Position numbers and translations under genes: made by a program. 64,000 bases of DNA from Podarcis tiliguerta (taxonomy: Eukaryota), in NCBI GenBank assembly GCA_965153285.1, contig OZ229116.1; one strand, written 5' to 3'. Shown here piece by piece: positions 1 through 11,129 of this stretch (within the stretch, counting starts at the first letter, position 1; every line of letters starts with the position of its first letter). The notes beneath the pieces are model-generated. The model saw only the letters and a list, made by a program, of their open reading frames with translations. It had not been told where the DNA came from and did not search any database.

Positions 1-1873
1 ACTAATGCAGCAGTTTGACTTCACCCCTGGAGGTGCACTCCACTGTCTCTCCTGACAGATGGATACCAACAACAGCTCAACATCTGGGGGGGGGGTTGTG
101 TGCAAGGAGGCTTCCCCCAAAGGACTTGGGAAGATGCATGAAGTGGAAACTGGGATGCAAAGTGGGGCTGCAGAATAAAAGAAAGGAGTGGCTACAGAAA
201 TGGGGTTGGGAAGATGAAAAGCAATCTTAGTAGTTGCATGGAGTGGGAAGGGCGAGCCCGAGGGGGTTAATGTGGTTAATGGCAGGAGTTTGACAAGCAG
301 AATGAGCAGTGGGCACAGCCTATGAGTCCAAGCACATTTAGCTGGAACTTAGTTCTGTTGAAATTAGTGGAGATGAACTTTAAAAACAAAAGCTGATTTT
401 AAAATAAAGTATGTTTTATCTTACGTTTGTCCAGGTTTGTCCAGGTTTGAGTGGGGGAAAACCCCTCTATAATATATCAGGGGCTCCTCACCTTTCATTG
501 ATATCCACTTTATTTACTTTTAGCTGTCAGAATGTAATGCCAGCATTGCAACACCATCCTTCCACATGTTGAGATGTGGCTAGGAATCCCAGTGAAGCCC
601 ATCAGTGCTGCTCCTTAATCTGCTGGAGAGAATGATGCTCAATGATGTGAGGCACCCTTTGCCCTGTCCCTGGAGTAAAGATTCCAGCATAGAATCTCCC
701 AGGTGGCAGCGGAGAGCAGGATGTTGCCCCTGCAGCCAAACACTAGCTTTTCCAGTTTAGTCCAAATGTGCCTATCTACCATTTCCTGTCTTTCTTTATA
801 CTGTGTCTCACTTTTTGTCTTCAAAATCTGTTTATGCCTTGAAGTGTTTGTTTTGTTTTGTTTTGTCACAATACAGGATTTTCTTGGTGCTTAAGAATGA
901 TACTGTGTCTTGTATCAGGATATTGTATCATCACTGTTCATGCCTGCACGTGTCTGTGTGAGGCATTACATTGTAAACTGCAAGGCAGTAAAAGCCTATA
1001 ATTTATAAGGCTATATTAGGTACTTACGGCATGTATTATAGCCTCTCATTTATTCTATATATAATTCCATAGAGAGTTCGGGTGGCATTATAAACCACGA
1101 ATGTATAGCTCAAGCGGCTTGTCATCTGAATGCTGGGACAGAATTTTCTTGTATAACAGTGTATAAGCTCTACTTTTCATAATCCAAGGATAGAAAATTT
1201 CTATTTGAAGCCATTTCAGTTTATGTTCTCATGCGCCTACTCATGTCCATCAAAAGTGTTCACATGGGAATATGACATAATAAAACCCATGTAAAATCTG
1301 TTTTGTTTTTTTGTTATGACAGATGATGCTGACCCTTTGTTTATGTCCCTATATATCAAGTACATCTGATTCAAAAACCTCCTTTGTCCCGCCCACCTGT
1401 CTTTATAAGGAATTTGTGCAAAATGCTACCCTGGCAAGCATGAATGTCATTGCTGCTGAAGAAATACTGAAGCCGGAGCATTTTATGGGTTGTTTTTTAA
1501 AAGTTAATTAAAGCAAGCAGCAGTGCTTTCAGATCATACCTGTGCAGAGCTGTAGCATGCAGAATCACCGGAATTATTAGGCACAGAGACCATGGCCACC
1601 ATGTAGAGCAGGAGCAGTGGCAGAGGCCAGAGTGGTGGTGAAGGCAATGAGGGAGCCCACAAGGTGGTTTGTCCCTGGCCACACGCACCCCTAGGGGTAT
1701 TGCTGGTGGAGGAGCCTTAAGACTGATTTCTTTACTCACAAACTCAGTTTTACAAGTGCAGAGCTTCAGAAGCAGTACAATAACCATGTGTTGATAACTT
1801 TCTATCATGCTGCCACAGCCTTGTCACTCCAGTAGAGCAGACAAGCAAAGGAGGCTACAGTAAAGTACAGTGC

Positions 1874-2216
1874 AGGTAAAGGTAAAGGGAGCCCTGACCA
1901 TTAGGTCCAGTCGCGGACAACTCTGGGGTTGCGGCACTCATCTCGCTTTATTGGCCAAGGGAGCTGGCGTACAGCTTCCGGGTCATGTGGCCAGCATGAC
2001 TAAGCTGCTTCTGGCAAACCAGGGCAGCACACGGAAACACCATTTACCTTCCCGCTGGAGTGGTACCTATTTATCTACTTGCACTTTGACGTGCTCTTGA
2101 ACTGCTAGGTTGGCAGGAGAAGAAACCCCCCCCCCCCTTCGCGGGGATTCGAACTGCTGACCTTCTGATCAGCAAGCCCTAGGCTCTGTGGTTTAACCCA
2201 CAGCACCACCCATGTG
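1874..2216 (-). mobile_element. Sauria SINE, near full length
   Basis: AGGTAAAGGTAAAGG at left is the reverse of the (ACCTTT)n tail. Body contains ggtcatgtggccagcatgact and gtacctatttatctacttgcac. Reverse tRNA-like head (ggggattcgaac...cagcaccacc) at right. Reverse-complement homolog of 34304-34654. Confidence 0.92.
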
Positions 2217-2896
2217 CAAAAATAAGTCCTAAAAGTTAGCCTGGCAGGCTTTCTGTTTGTCTTTTCCTCAAGAGTCATTTTTCCACTTTCTGTTCAGTGT
2301 GCCCCCATTTTCCAGATGTGCCTTAGAATAGTACCCCTTCCATAGACCCCTCAAAGCAACTATAAATGGTATCAGATTGATGACTCTTGGAACCCTTGTA
2401 AGCAGGTTGCTGCAGGCACCTACTGGAGGATTTTGGAGGAGGAATGTGAAATGTACTGTAAACAACTATGAGAGGATAACTTGCAGATCACTTCGTAGAT
2501 ATGCTGGAGGCAGCTGGATAGGCTGCACTGTGGCTACAGGCATTTGATCAGCTCAGCATTAATGTACTGGTGTGTGGACTAGTTTGGCACAGCACCTTGT
2601 TGTTATGTGACCAGCATTATCCTGCTGCTGTTACCCTCAAGAATAGTGATGAAAAGCACTGTAGAGAAGGATGCAGAAAGAAATTGACCCACATAGTTTT
2701 GTCTGTAACTTCTAGTACATCATTACGTTGGGATTGTTCACACCGATAAATGGATCACTGCATGATTTGTTTGATGATTGCAAACATTGGGGGGGGGGGG
2801 AGAGAAAAGATGTAAGGTTTGGAGAGATAGAAAAGGTAAGGAAGCATACCTCAAATAATCCACTTTTAAGTCTGTACATGGATATCGATACCGATA

Positions 2897-2899
<3 letters not shown>

Positions 2900-2927
<28 letters not shown>
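2900..2927. repeat. (GT)n microsatellite
   Basis: Directly visible. Confidence 0.95.
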
Positions 2928-2930
<3 letters not shown>

Positions 2931-4329
2931 AAAGTGACTAAGTATACAAGAATTTTAAATACAGGATCCAGAATGAAATAGTCTGAAGTGCTTTTTGATG
3001 CTCTCATTACTATCTGTCTGTCTATTTACACATATACATATACAGTTCTAATTTTGGCCAGTAACACTGAGACATGATAGTGGAAGATGATAAACAGCCT
3101 AAACAAAGGTCTTGGAATACTGCCACATGGTGGCCTCTCAATTAGGTGATAAAATTGCAACGAACTGTTTCGTTTCAGCAGAACTGCAACTGGGGTTTTT
3201 GGTCAGTAAATTAAGCTGAGGGGTTTCTTCTTCCGTCTGTGTACAACAGGTGTAGTATGCTGATAATGTTATCTGCCTTACTCCTAACGGGACTTAGGCT
3301 GTGATTATAAATGTGTTTACTCTTGAGTACATCCCATTGAGATAAATGGGACTTGATCACATGTTTCTGCTTTCATAGCTTGAATCATGGAGCTCTTCCA
3401 CATTGATGCTAAATAGACCTGTCATTAAAAAAGGGGTGGGGGTGGGGGAAATTACAGGTGTTTGATTTTCTTTGTTACTTTCTCAGGTGTCCCTTCCAGG
3501 GGATGCTTATCTGCCCATTTAATCATAAATATAAGAATATAGGTATCATGACAAAGTACTCAAATTTAAGTGCCGTGAAATAACTGAAGAAGATACCTGG
3601 TGTGAAATGGGGCTTTTCATGTCCTTTTTAGTCTTTACTGGCCTTGTTTACACTAGTTTAATTTTTGCTGTGGACCGTTCATATTATCTGGTGATACATT
3701 ACTGACTTAACTGCTGTTATGTAGAAGCAAGGAAGCTGCATTTTTCATATCTCTGTGTAGGCGATGAATGAATGGACATGAATAGCCTATCAAAAATTAG
3801 TTTGGATGGATATATTCCAATTAAGATTCTGCACTCTGTAACATCACAATCCTCAGATGTGGAAGTCATTCCAGTATTACACTGAACGGTGATGACATTT
3901 TAAAATAGTAGAAATGAGCCATAAATTCCTATTGAGTATTTTCAGCAAATGCTCTGCTAAAGCTTTTTGCCAGTATCCCATGTGTGACAAGCAAGCAAGC
4001 AAACTGATTTCAGACATATTATAATGGTACTTTTCTTAAGAAGTGGCAAATGTGATGATATGCCTAGGCTTATTAAACCCTCTGTATAAAGATGCTTTTT
4101 GGTCAGGGAGAGGCCGAATGCTTAGGAAACTTTGCCTTCTTCCAAAGGTGTATGATCATATCCAAATGTATATATGAATGTATAATAATTATAAGGTCTG
4201 GTTTCACTCTATAGTGTGTATGTGTGAGCTGGGTGACTTTATGCTAACCCAGCTGTGTTTGCCTTGATACACAGCACAACATTGTTCTAGGTTGAGGAAG
4301 GTGGGGAGGCAGGGTCATGATCCCCTAAA

Positions 4330-5020
4330 AATTTAGTTTCCCTTGGCAGGACACCAATCCATGTTATGTCTGGGGTTGAGGGATTGCTTCTGGGGTTGGA
4401 CCTGTGAACAGAGATATCCTAGCTAGTGGAGGTAGTCTTGGAAAATGCCTTCAATGTCCACCCTGAAGCTGCCTCAGATGGGTCAGCTCAGGATTTCATG
4501 GTCTCCATGACAGACATAGGGCTGTTTCACTATCTTGTTGGCTTTACTGGTGTGTCTGAGCATGTCCTTAATCTATTCTTTGTCGTTGATAATACTTCTT
4601 TGATTGGGTGGTCTTGTCCAGGCTGGTGTGATTTGGGTTGAACACAGCTACTCAACTCTGTAGTGGAAGTTGAATTGAGATAGGCCATGCATGGCGACTT
4701 GCGGAATCTGATGGATTTCCGAATGTCCAGGAGGATTTTCCAGCTGCCATGGTAGGCACTCCTGTTGAGACTCTTGTCCTGCTATGAAATGGTGAGGTGC
4801 ATAGAGCCATTGACACGATTGCTCCTAGGGGCCCTTGGTGTCAGGGTCCAGAGGGTGCACTGATACTCTGTTGACTTGTGTGCGATGAACTTAAATGCAA
4901 GACTGACTGCTAGAAAACAGGGGGCATAAATGTCAGTAAGAGCCTCACCAAAGGGGTGAAAGCACATATGGAAGCAGTGGCAGTGAAGAAAGCTCACTTC
5001 ACCACCATCATTGTGTCTCA
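4330..5020 (+). mobile_element. Degraded L2 LINE, endonuclease-region fragment
   Basis: ORF 4426-4641 (VVLENAFNVH...AQDFMVSMT..GL...HVLNLFF) resembles the L2 ORF2 motif VLGDFNIH...AQDFMASM...GHTLDLVF. An RAIDTIAP-like segment lies near 4800-4830. Boundaries approximate. Confidence 0.7.
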
Positions 5021-5026
5021 GAGATA

Positions 5027-5493
5027 CCGTATTTTTCGTCCCATAGGACGCACCTAGTTTTTTTTTGGGGGGGGAATAAAGGGGAAAAGATTATTTTCCC
5101 CCCAGGTGCGGAGCTGGGGCGGGGGAAGCCCGAGCTTCCCCAGCCCCCAGAACAGGCTGCTATCCGCTAGCCGTGGGAGAGCCGCTCGACTTCGCGTGGC
5201 TCTCCCACGGCTAGCGGAGCGCTGCGCGAAGCCCGAAGCTTGGGGCGTGCTCAGCTCAGTGCACCCCAAGCTTCTGAGTGCCAGCAAGGTCTCCGCCAGC
5301 TGTGGGAGAGCTGCATCTCCCACGGCTAGTGGATAGCCTCCTTAAGCCTGGAGAGCAAGAGGGGTCGGTACGCACCGACCCCCCCCTCGCTCTCCAGGCT
5401 TCAGCGAAAGCCTGCATTCGCCCCATAGACGCACACACATTTCCCCTTCATTTTTGGAGGGGGAAAGTGCGTCCTATAGGGCGAAAAATACGG
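5027..5493. mobile_element. Tc1/mariner (Tc2/pogo-like) non-autonomous MITE
   Basis: TIRs ccgtatttttcgtcccataggacgcac and gtgcgtcctatagggcgaaaaatacgg. TA on both flanks (5025-26, 5494-95). CpG-rich interior. Confidence 0.92.
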
Positions 5494-5499
5494 TAATTG

Positions 5500-5642
5500 C
5501 TATGGCACCTTTGGAAGATGTAATTTTGTAAGGCACTTTTGAAGATGTTCAGGCCAGGTCATGGTGGTGGTGCCTTGAGAGAAGGCAGCTGTGAAATTCC
5601 CTTCTTATAGAGCTGTGTCTGGTGCCTTCATTATTTTTGTTG
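5500..5642 (+). mobile_element. Degraded L2 3' region fragment
   Basis: ctgtgaaattcccttcttatagagctgtgtctggtgccttca resembles the L2 C-terminal LWNSLP.E.R.APS segment. Confidence 0.45.
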
Positions 5643-5644
5643 TA

Positions 5645-5814
5645 CAGTCATGCCTCAGAGTGTTCCAGTTCGCGAACGTCCTTTGGAACCCGAGCATCCG
5701 ATGTGGCTTCCGTGGCTTCTGATTGGCTGCAGGAGCCACGCCTTGGTATCCAGACATTTTGGAAGTCGAATGGACTTCTGGAATGTATTCTGTTCGACTT
5801 CCAAGGTACAACTG
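5645..5814. mobile_element. Tigger/pogo-like MITE, family C
   Basis: TA then cagtcatgcctc at left, and caaggtacaactg at right followed by CA (decayed TA). Same subterminal architecture as families A and B. Confidence 0.7.
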
Positions 5815-5906
5815 CATTCTGAAGATGTACCTCTTTACCTGGTCTTTTGGCACCTGATGCATACCCTACTCTAAATAGTTCCCAGTGTGGAAACATCACT
5901 GTACTA

Positions 5907-6259
5907 CAAGGGGTGGAGAACCTGTGGCTCTCCAGATGTTTTTGGATGTCAATTAAGCTGATGAGCAGAGACTTAGTTCTGTTCTCTCTTGGGTTCTGAG
6001 CAGGATCTGCAGCAGCAGCACCCTGCATTCACCATCTCATCAAAGGGAGGTTAAATCTTGCTGCTTTGGCTGCATCCAACAATTTCCTGTGGGGAACTGC
6101 AGGGTGTGGCCCCTGCAGAATTAAACACCACCCATCAGCGGACAGCACTCACCAATTGGACGGACACCAGCATGTGATTTGGGGAAATGGCCTCATGGGC
6201 CACATTGGACTCCCAGACAGGCCAAGATTGGCCTGTGGTCCAGAGGTCCCCTACCCCTG
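5907..6259. mobile_element. hAT-Charlie-like MITE fragment(s)
   Basis: Left end caaggggtggagaacctgtggc and right end gaggtcccctacccctg. The 8-bp flanks do not match, so this may be two partial elements. Confidence 0.5.
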
Positions 6260-7248
6260 AAGTATTGTAAACTTAGCTGTGGGTCAAAATTAGAACCTTC
6301 AGGCTTGGGGACACAAGTCCTGTCAAAGTTATGATCGGGAGAAAATAAGTGCTCAAAAATTCCTAATTCCTGTTCTTTCACCCTCTGTTTCCAATCCGAG
6401 CAATTTTAAAGAGATGTTTTGCATTGCTTAAAATTATCTGTGTTTGCTGCTGCTGTTGTTCTGGAAGGAAATAAATCATGGGCTTTTGTGGGATTTTAAA
6501 TTCACCCCAAGAGTGTAAAGCTCGCATCAAGGCCTTCAGAAGAGGGATTAATTTCATGTATCTTTCAGGAATCCACTGGGTATTATCTTTATACATTATC
6601 AAAATGTGTTTTGTTTGATATACTTTAAATTAGTTTTTTTCCCCTCCTCTGAATGTGGAGTGGAGGAAGAGTTTGTGGGTGTTTATGTGTTTGTGTTCAC
6701 TGGCTGGTGTTGCAACCGGCAGAGTGGAAAGCATGCATTTTGTAAGAAGGAAGGTTTAAGTTCTACATGTCAGGATTCTAGAGTGATATAAGGGTTAAAA
6801 TGCAGAGGAGAAAATTTTATCAGATCAGACTGAAAGATATACAGAGAGCTTGATTCTAACTGGCCCCCACCCTTTCTAGTTTGGAGTCTGTGGATAAGTG
6901 CCAGACCTTAACATCCCCACCATTCAGTCGTAGCTTCTCTGGACATCCTTTAGCTGATGCTGTCAACTCATCACCTTTCTTTCATTTGACTCACTCTGTC
7001 TTTATGGATCACTGCATGTTTGCACGTGTGTGTCGAGCAGAAGGGCATAGCAGCAAGCACATCACCCTCAGAGGGTTCTTTCCAAGTCCAGAGCACTGGC
7101 AGCCTTTACGAGTCCAGCTCTGTAAACCCTCATGTATTCTCAACTTGGGCCTTGTAGGTATTATGACAAATCCATAGACCCACTGTGCAAGCAATTTCTT
7201 GCAAATGTAAAAGTGATGCATTTTTAGCTGACATGCAGAAGGCTTGAA

Positions 7249-7251
<3 letters not shown>

Positions 7252-7294
<43 letters not shown>

Positions 7295-7316
7295 GTTTGT
7301 GTGTGTGTGTGTGTGT
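7252..7316. repeat. Compound (CT)n/(GT)n microsatellite
   Basis: Directly visible. Confidence 0.95.
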
Positions 7317-10300
7317 CTTTGAAGGAAGCAGTTAGTACGTGTATGTTGCTGTGGACGTGCATGCCTCTCCCTCTAGAAGTACATTAATATTGAATGAACA
7401 GTTTCTTAAATGGTTATCAACCAATGTCTTAAATATTTACTGAGATTGCCTCCCTCTCACTAAATCTAAATTCTAATCTGACTGTGCTGGTTGCCCCATT
7501 AATTTAAGAGGGTAGGTACTTGGGTCTAGTGCTTTTGTGGTTGCCTTGATTGCAAGATGCACCTTAGACCAAAGATAAAAAAAGTATTTTTAAAATGTGT
7601 GTGTATCTTTTTTTAAAACCCTCTTTAGCCTTCTAACTATGTCAAAAGGCATGAATGGTTCAACCTTGTGCAAAACTTCAAATGTTGAAATATTATTCAA
7701 ATTGTCTGTAGTTTTTGTGTTTAGTTTTAGATACCATTGACTTATTCAGTACTTCTGCTGCTCAAACCACACACACAAAAGAGAGAGAGAGTCTCTTTTT
7801 GGTGCTTACAGCACTAGCTCCTGGGGAATTTCCTCTAATATGTCTCTACTCATTTATTGCATGAAAGAACTTACCCACAGGATTATGAAAGCTTTTGGGT
7901 AGTCTTCAGGCATGTAGGCCAGTCCAAAAGTTCATAGGGCCCTGATGCACAACCAGAAGTTTCTATGGCTCTTTCATTTCAGCGTTAGGGGAGTTCTGTC
8001 GGTATATTCTGCCCACATTAAAACAAGGAAAGCCCTGCTTGCCTGGCTCTTCCATGCTCTCAACCTCTTATTATCGTCCCTTTACCCCATAATATACTTT
8101 CAGTCTGGTGAATAGGACATGATGGAGGGCAAAGGGTTAGTCTGAATCACAGTGTTTCAACCAATTCTTACCTTTTAGTTTTGGAGTTCCCAAACTGTGG
8201 TCAGTAATCTAGACAGCTGGATCTCTTTTGGGAGAGGATCCCACAGGATTGGGCCAAAGACGTGGTTTTGTCAAATGAGCATCCCTAACTTGCATGCAGC
8301 TGCGAGACTTCTTGCATCTTCATGCAGCCCCCACTATATAAATGTCATTTTCAGTAGCAACTATGTGGTGGAAGAATACCTGAATCAGGCATTACTTTTA
8401 TGGATCAGAGATGTGTGGTGCATTTACACTGGAATGCAACTGAGCATGCATCTTGCCAATAACCAGACTCTGATGTCATGCTGCCTTGCGCTTCTGTGAG
8501 GAGAAGGCTGCCTTCTAGCTGTGGAAAGGAAAGCAGAGAGGCTTCTGTCTGAGAAGAGACAGGGAGGAGATTTTCACTAATTCCCCCATCAGTCCAGCAC
8601 TATCTTCCACACTGTTCTGGAGTGTCTCCCACCCCTTGGGGACACAGGGGGCTGGGGAGGAAAGGGAATTGGCAAAAATCAGCTCCCCTGTCTATTTTGT
8701 TTATCATGATTCCTCTAGCAGAGTCTCCCATGGATAGAGGTCTGTCACACAGGTAACCAGGAATCTAACCCTATGCTCACCTGCAGTAGTTTGCTTGGAA
8801 GTTGTAACACACACACCATCGGTCTTTTAAAAATGTTCCCCCCCCCCCATTCCTATAACGTTTCTCCTCCCTTTTCATTTGCTAATTAAAAGTAAAGATA
8901 AATGAATACAGAAAATTATTTCCCTTCCCAGTTTTGACACATCATTGGCCAACTGTAGCATTTGAAAATATCCTGTACTTTCTTTTAAAAGTGGTATTTC
9001 TTAGCAACCTTCAATTTTGCAAAAAGCGTATTTTTGATGACAGTTCTAGCATCAAATGTTTTTCTGTTATGAAGAAAGAAGCAGCACATGTTTTCATTTT
9101 GGGGGGTCTTATAATTTGATGTGGCATTAAGTCTTTCCCGCCCCCCGGCCCCTTGGCAAGGGAACAGATATCCTCCAGTAATTCATTCATTTGAGAGAGG
9201 AAATTAATGGCAAACATGAAGAAATAGAGAGTATTGGTTTCTTGTTTATAGGTACAAAAGGCAGGATAATTTAAAAAGGTAATAAACTTGCACGGTTTCC
9301 AATAATTGAATTCTGGTAAGACGAAGAAGTGAGGTGTATAGGTGCTTTATATATACTATGTTGATATATAATATGTTTGCGCTTACATGTGAATGTAGTT
9401 TTATATAGAACTATGCAGAAATAAAATTCATTTTGGTTTTTGTAGTGTGCATAGAAAATATGGAATTTAAAGAGGCACAATCAACTACTAAGATCCACAG
9501 TAGTTTCTGGAACACCAAAAGCAGTTCTTACAATTATAATTATGAAATGTGAAGTAATAGCGAACAGGCTTCCATTCAGTGTAATGATTAGATAACTAGG
9601 GGGAAAGCAGCAATTATGTGTTCCTGGACCCCACTGGAGGTAGAAAGCACAAAAAGCTTTATGCTAGGGCTGTGTATTATTACTAACATAGCACTTGGTA
9701 TTTACTTTGCACTTAAAAGTTTGAATGGTCTGTCTAACAGAAGTAGGCAATTTAATATATGTTTTGAAGTGCATTAAAATGTATACAGGACAAATCTCTT
9801 ATTTTATAGCCTTTAAGGAAAGCAATAAATTTGCTCTGCAGGTGTAATTTGTAACACATTTGCATAATATTTACATGGGGCTTTCATTGTGTTTGATGTC
9901 GTCCCTTATGTAAGCCGCTTCTCCATTATGTATCCTTGGGAGAAGGGTCTGGGATTAGAAGGGCAGGAAAGAGGAAGGAACAGAAAAGAGAGGGAAAGTG
10001 AGGAAAGCATGAAGATGCTTTATAACTCTTAATGTTGGGTGAAGGCAGGAGGGCACCTTTCATTAAGCATTTCTGCATTGAGGTTCATGGAAGGTGGATC
10101 AGGCTCTGCTAGCAAGATTTCTGAGTTTATTTCTTCCAGTTTTTAACAATAGCAACAACAAAAAGACTGCAGACTTGTGGACAGTTACATACCTTAGCAT
10201 GAATCTCAGAACCTCAGTATTTCCCAGCTGGGACAATGGCACTATATGTGGAAGAGTGTTGACACACTCTTGCTTAAAATATTAGATATCCTATGGCTCA

Positions 10301-10484
10301 TCTTGTGCTAATTCTTTATCTCTCAACCTAAATGTTGTTTGCCTGTGAAATACTAATAGCAAGTGATTGCCTTTGACTGACTCTTTGTCCATATATGTTG
10401 GCCCAGTCTTAGAATGCTGGAATACCTCATCTGCAGAAACTCAGATAAAGATTTGTGCTAAACACAGATCATCCCAATGCACTA

Positions 10485-10843
10485 CAGTGGTGCCCCGCAA
10501 GACGAATGCCTCGCAAGACGGAAAACCCGCTAGATGAAAGAGTTTTCCGTTTTGGAGGTGCTTCGCAGGACGAATTTCCTATGGGCTTGCTTCGCAAGAC
10601 GAAAATGTCTTGCGATTCCTGGGGGGTTTTTTCCCCGCTCCCCACCCCCTTTTTCTAAGGCACTAAGCTGCTAATAGCCTTTTAGCAGCTAATCCGCTAA
10701 TCCCTTAAGCCTTTAATAGCCGCTAATAGCCACTAAACCGCTAATAGCGCTAATCCGCTAATGGGCTTGCTTCGCAAGACGAAAAAACCGCTAGACGAAG
10801 AGACTCACGGAACAGATTCTTTTCGTCATGCGAGGCACCACTG
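10485..10843. mobile_element. Tigger/pogo-like MITE, family B (long variant)
   Basis: TA then cagtggtgccccgcaagacgaa, ending ttcgtcatgcgaggcaccactg then TA. Internal tcgcaagacg repeats and a GCTAAT-rich array. Confidence 0.93.
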
Positions 10844-11062
10844 TACACTCACAGTGTAGGTAGGTAGACATAATAGATCATTGGCTCCACACCAGCCCTA
10901 TCTTTTTTTATCATTCTGCACCTGGCTCTGATGGGTGGACCTTGTTCCTCCAGTAGAACAACCACGTAGATCTTGCAAGACTGAAGTCTTTCTCCTTTGT
11001 CACAGAATTTTTAAAAATGGAAGAGTCTTGGCTTTCATTTTTGAAACAAATCTGTTTGTAGC

Positions 11063-11129
11063 CCAGCCTCCCCATATATGGTGCCCTGCAGATGTTTTGC
11101 ACTACAACTCCCATCAATCCTAGCCAACA
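11063..11129. mobile_element. Half copy of the short hAT-like MITE
   Basis: cagatgttttgcactacaactcccatcaatcctagcca matches the left half of 23801-23933. Confidence 0.65.

Noticed and set aside
1861-1879. taaagtacagtgcaggtaa resembles miR-17/20 mature sequence
   Set aside because: It lacks the gctt core, has no hairpin partner, and the aggtaa part is the SINE tail junction.
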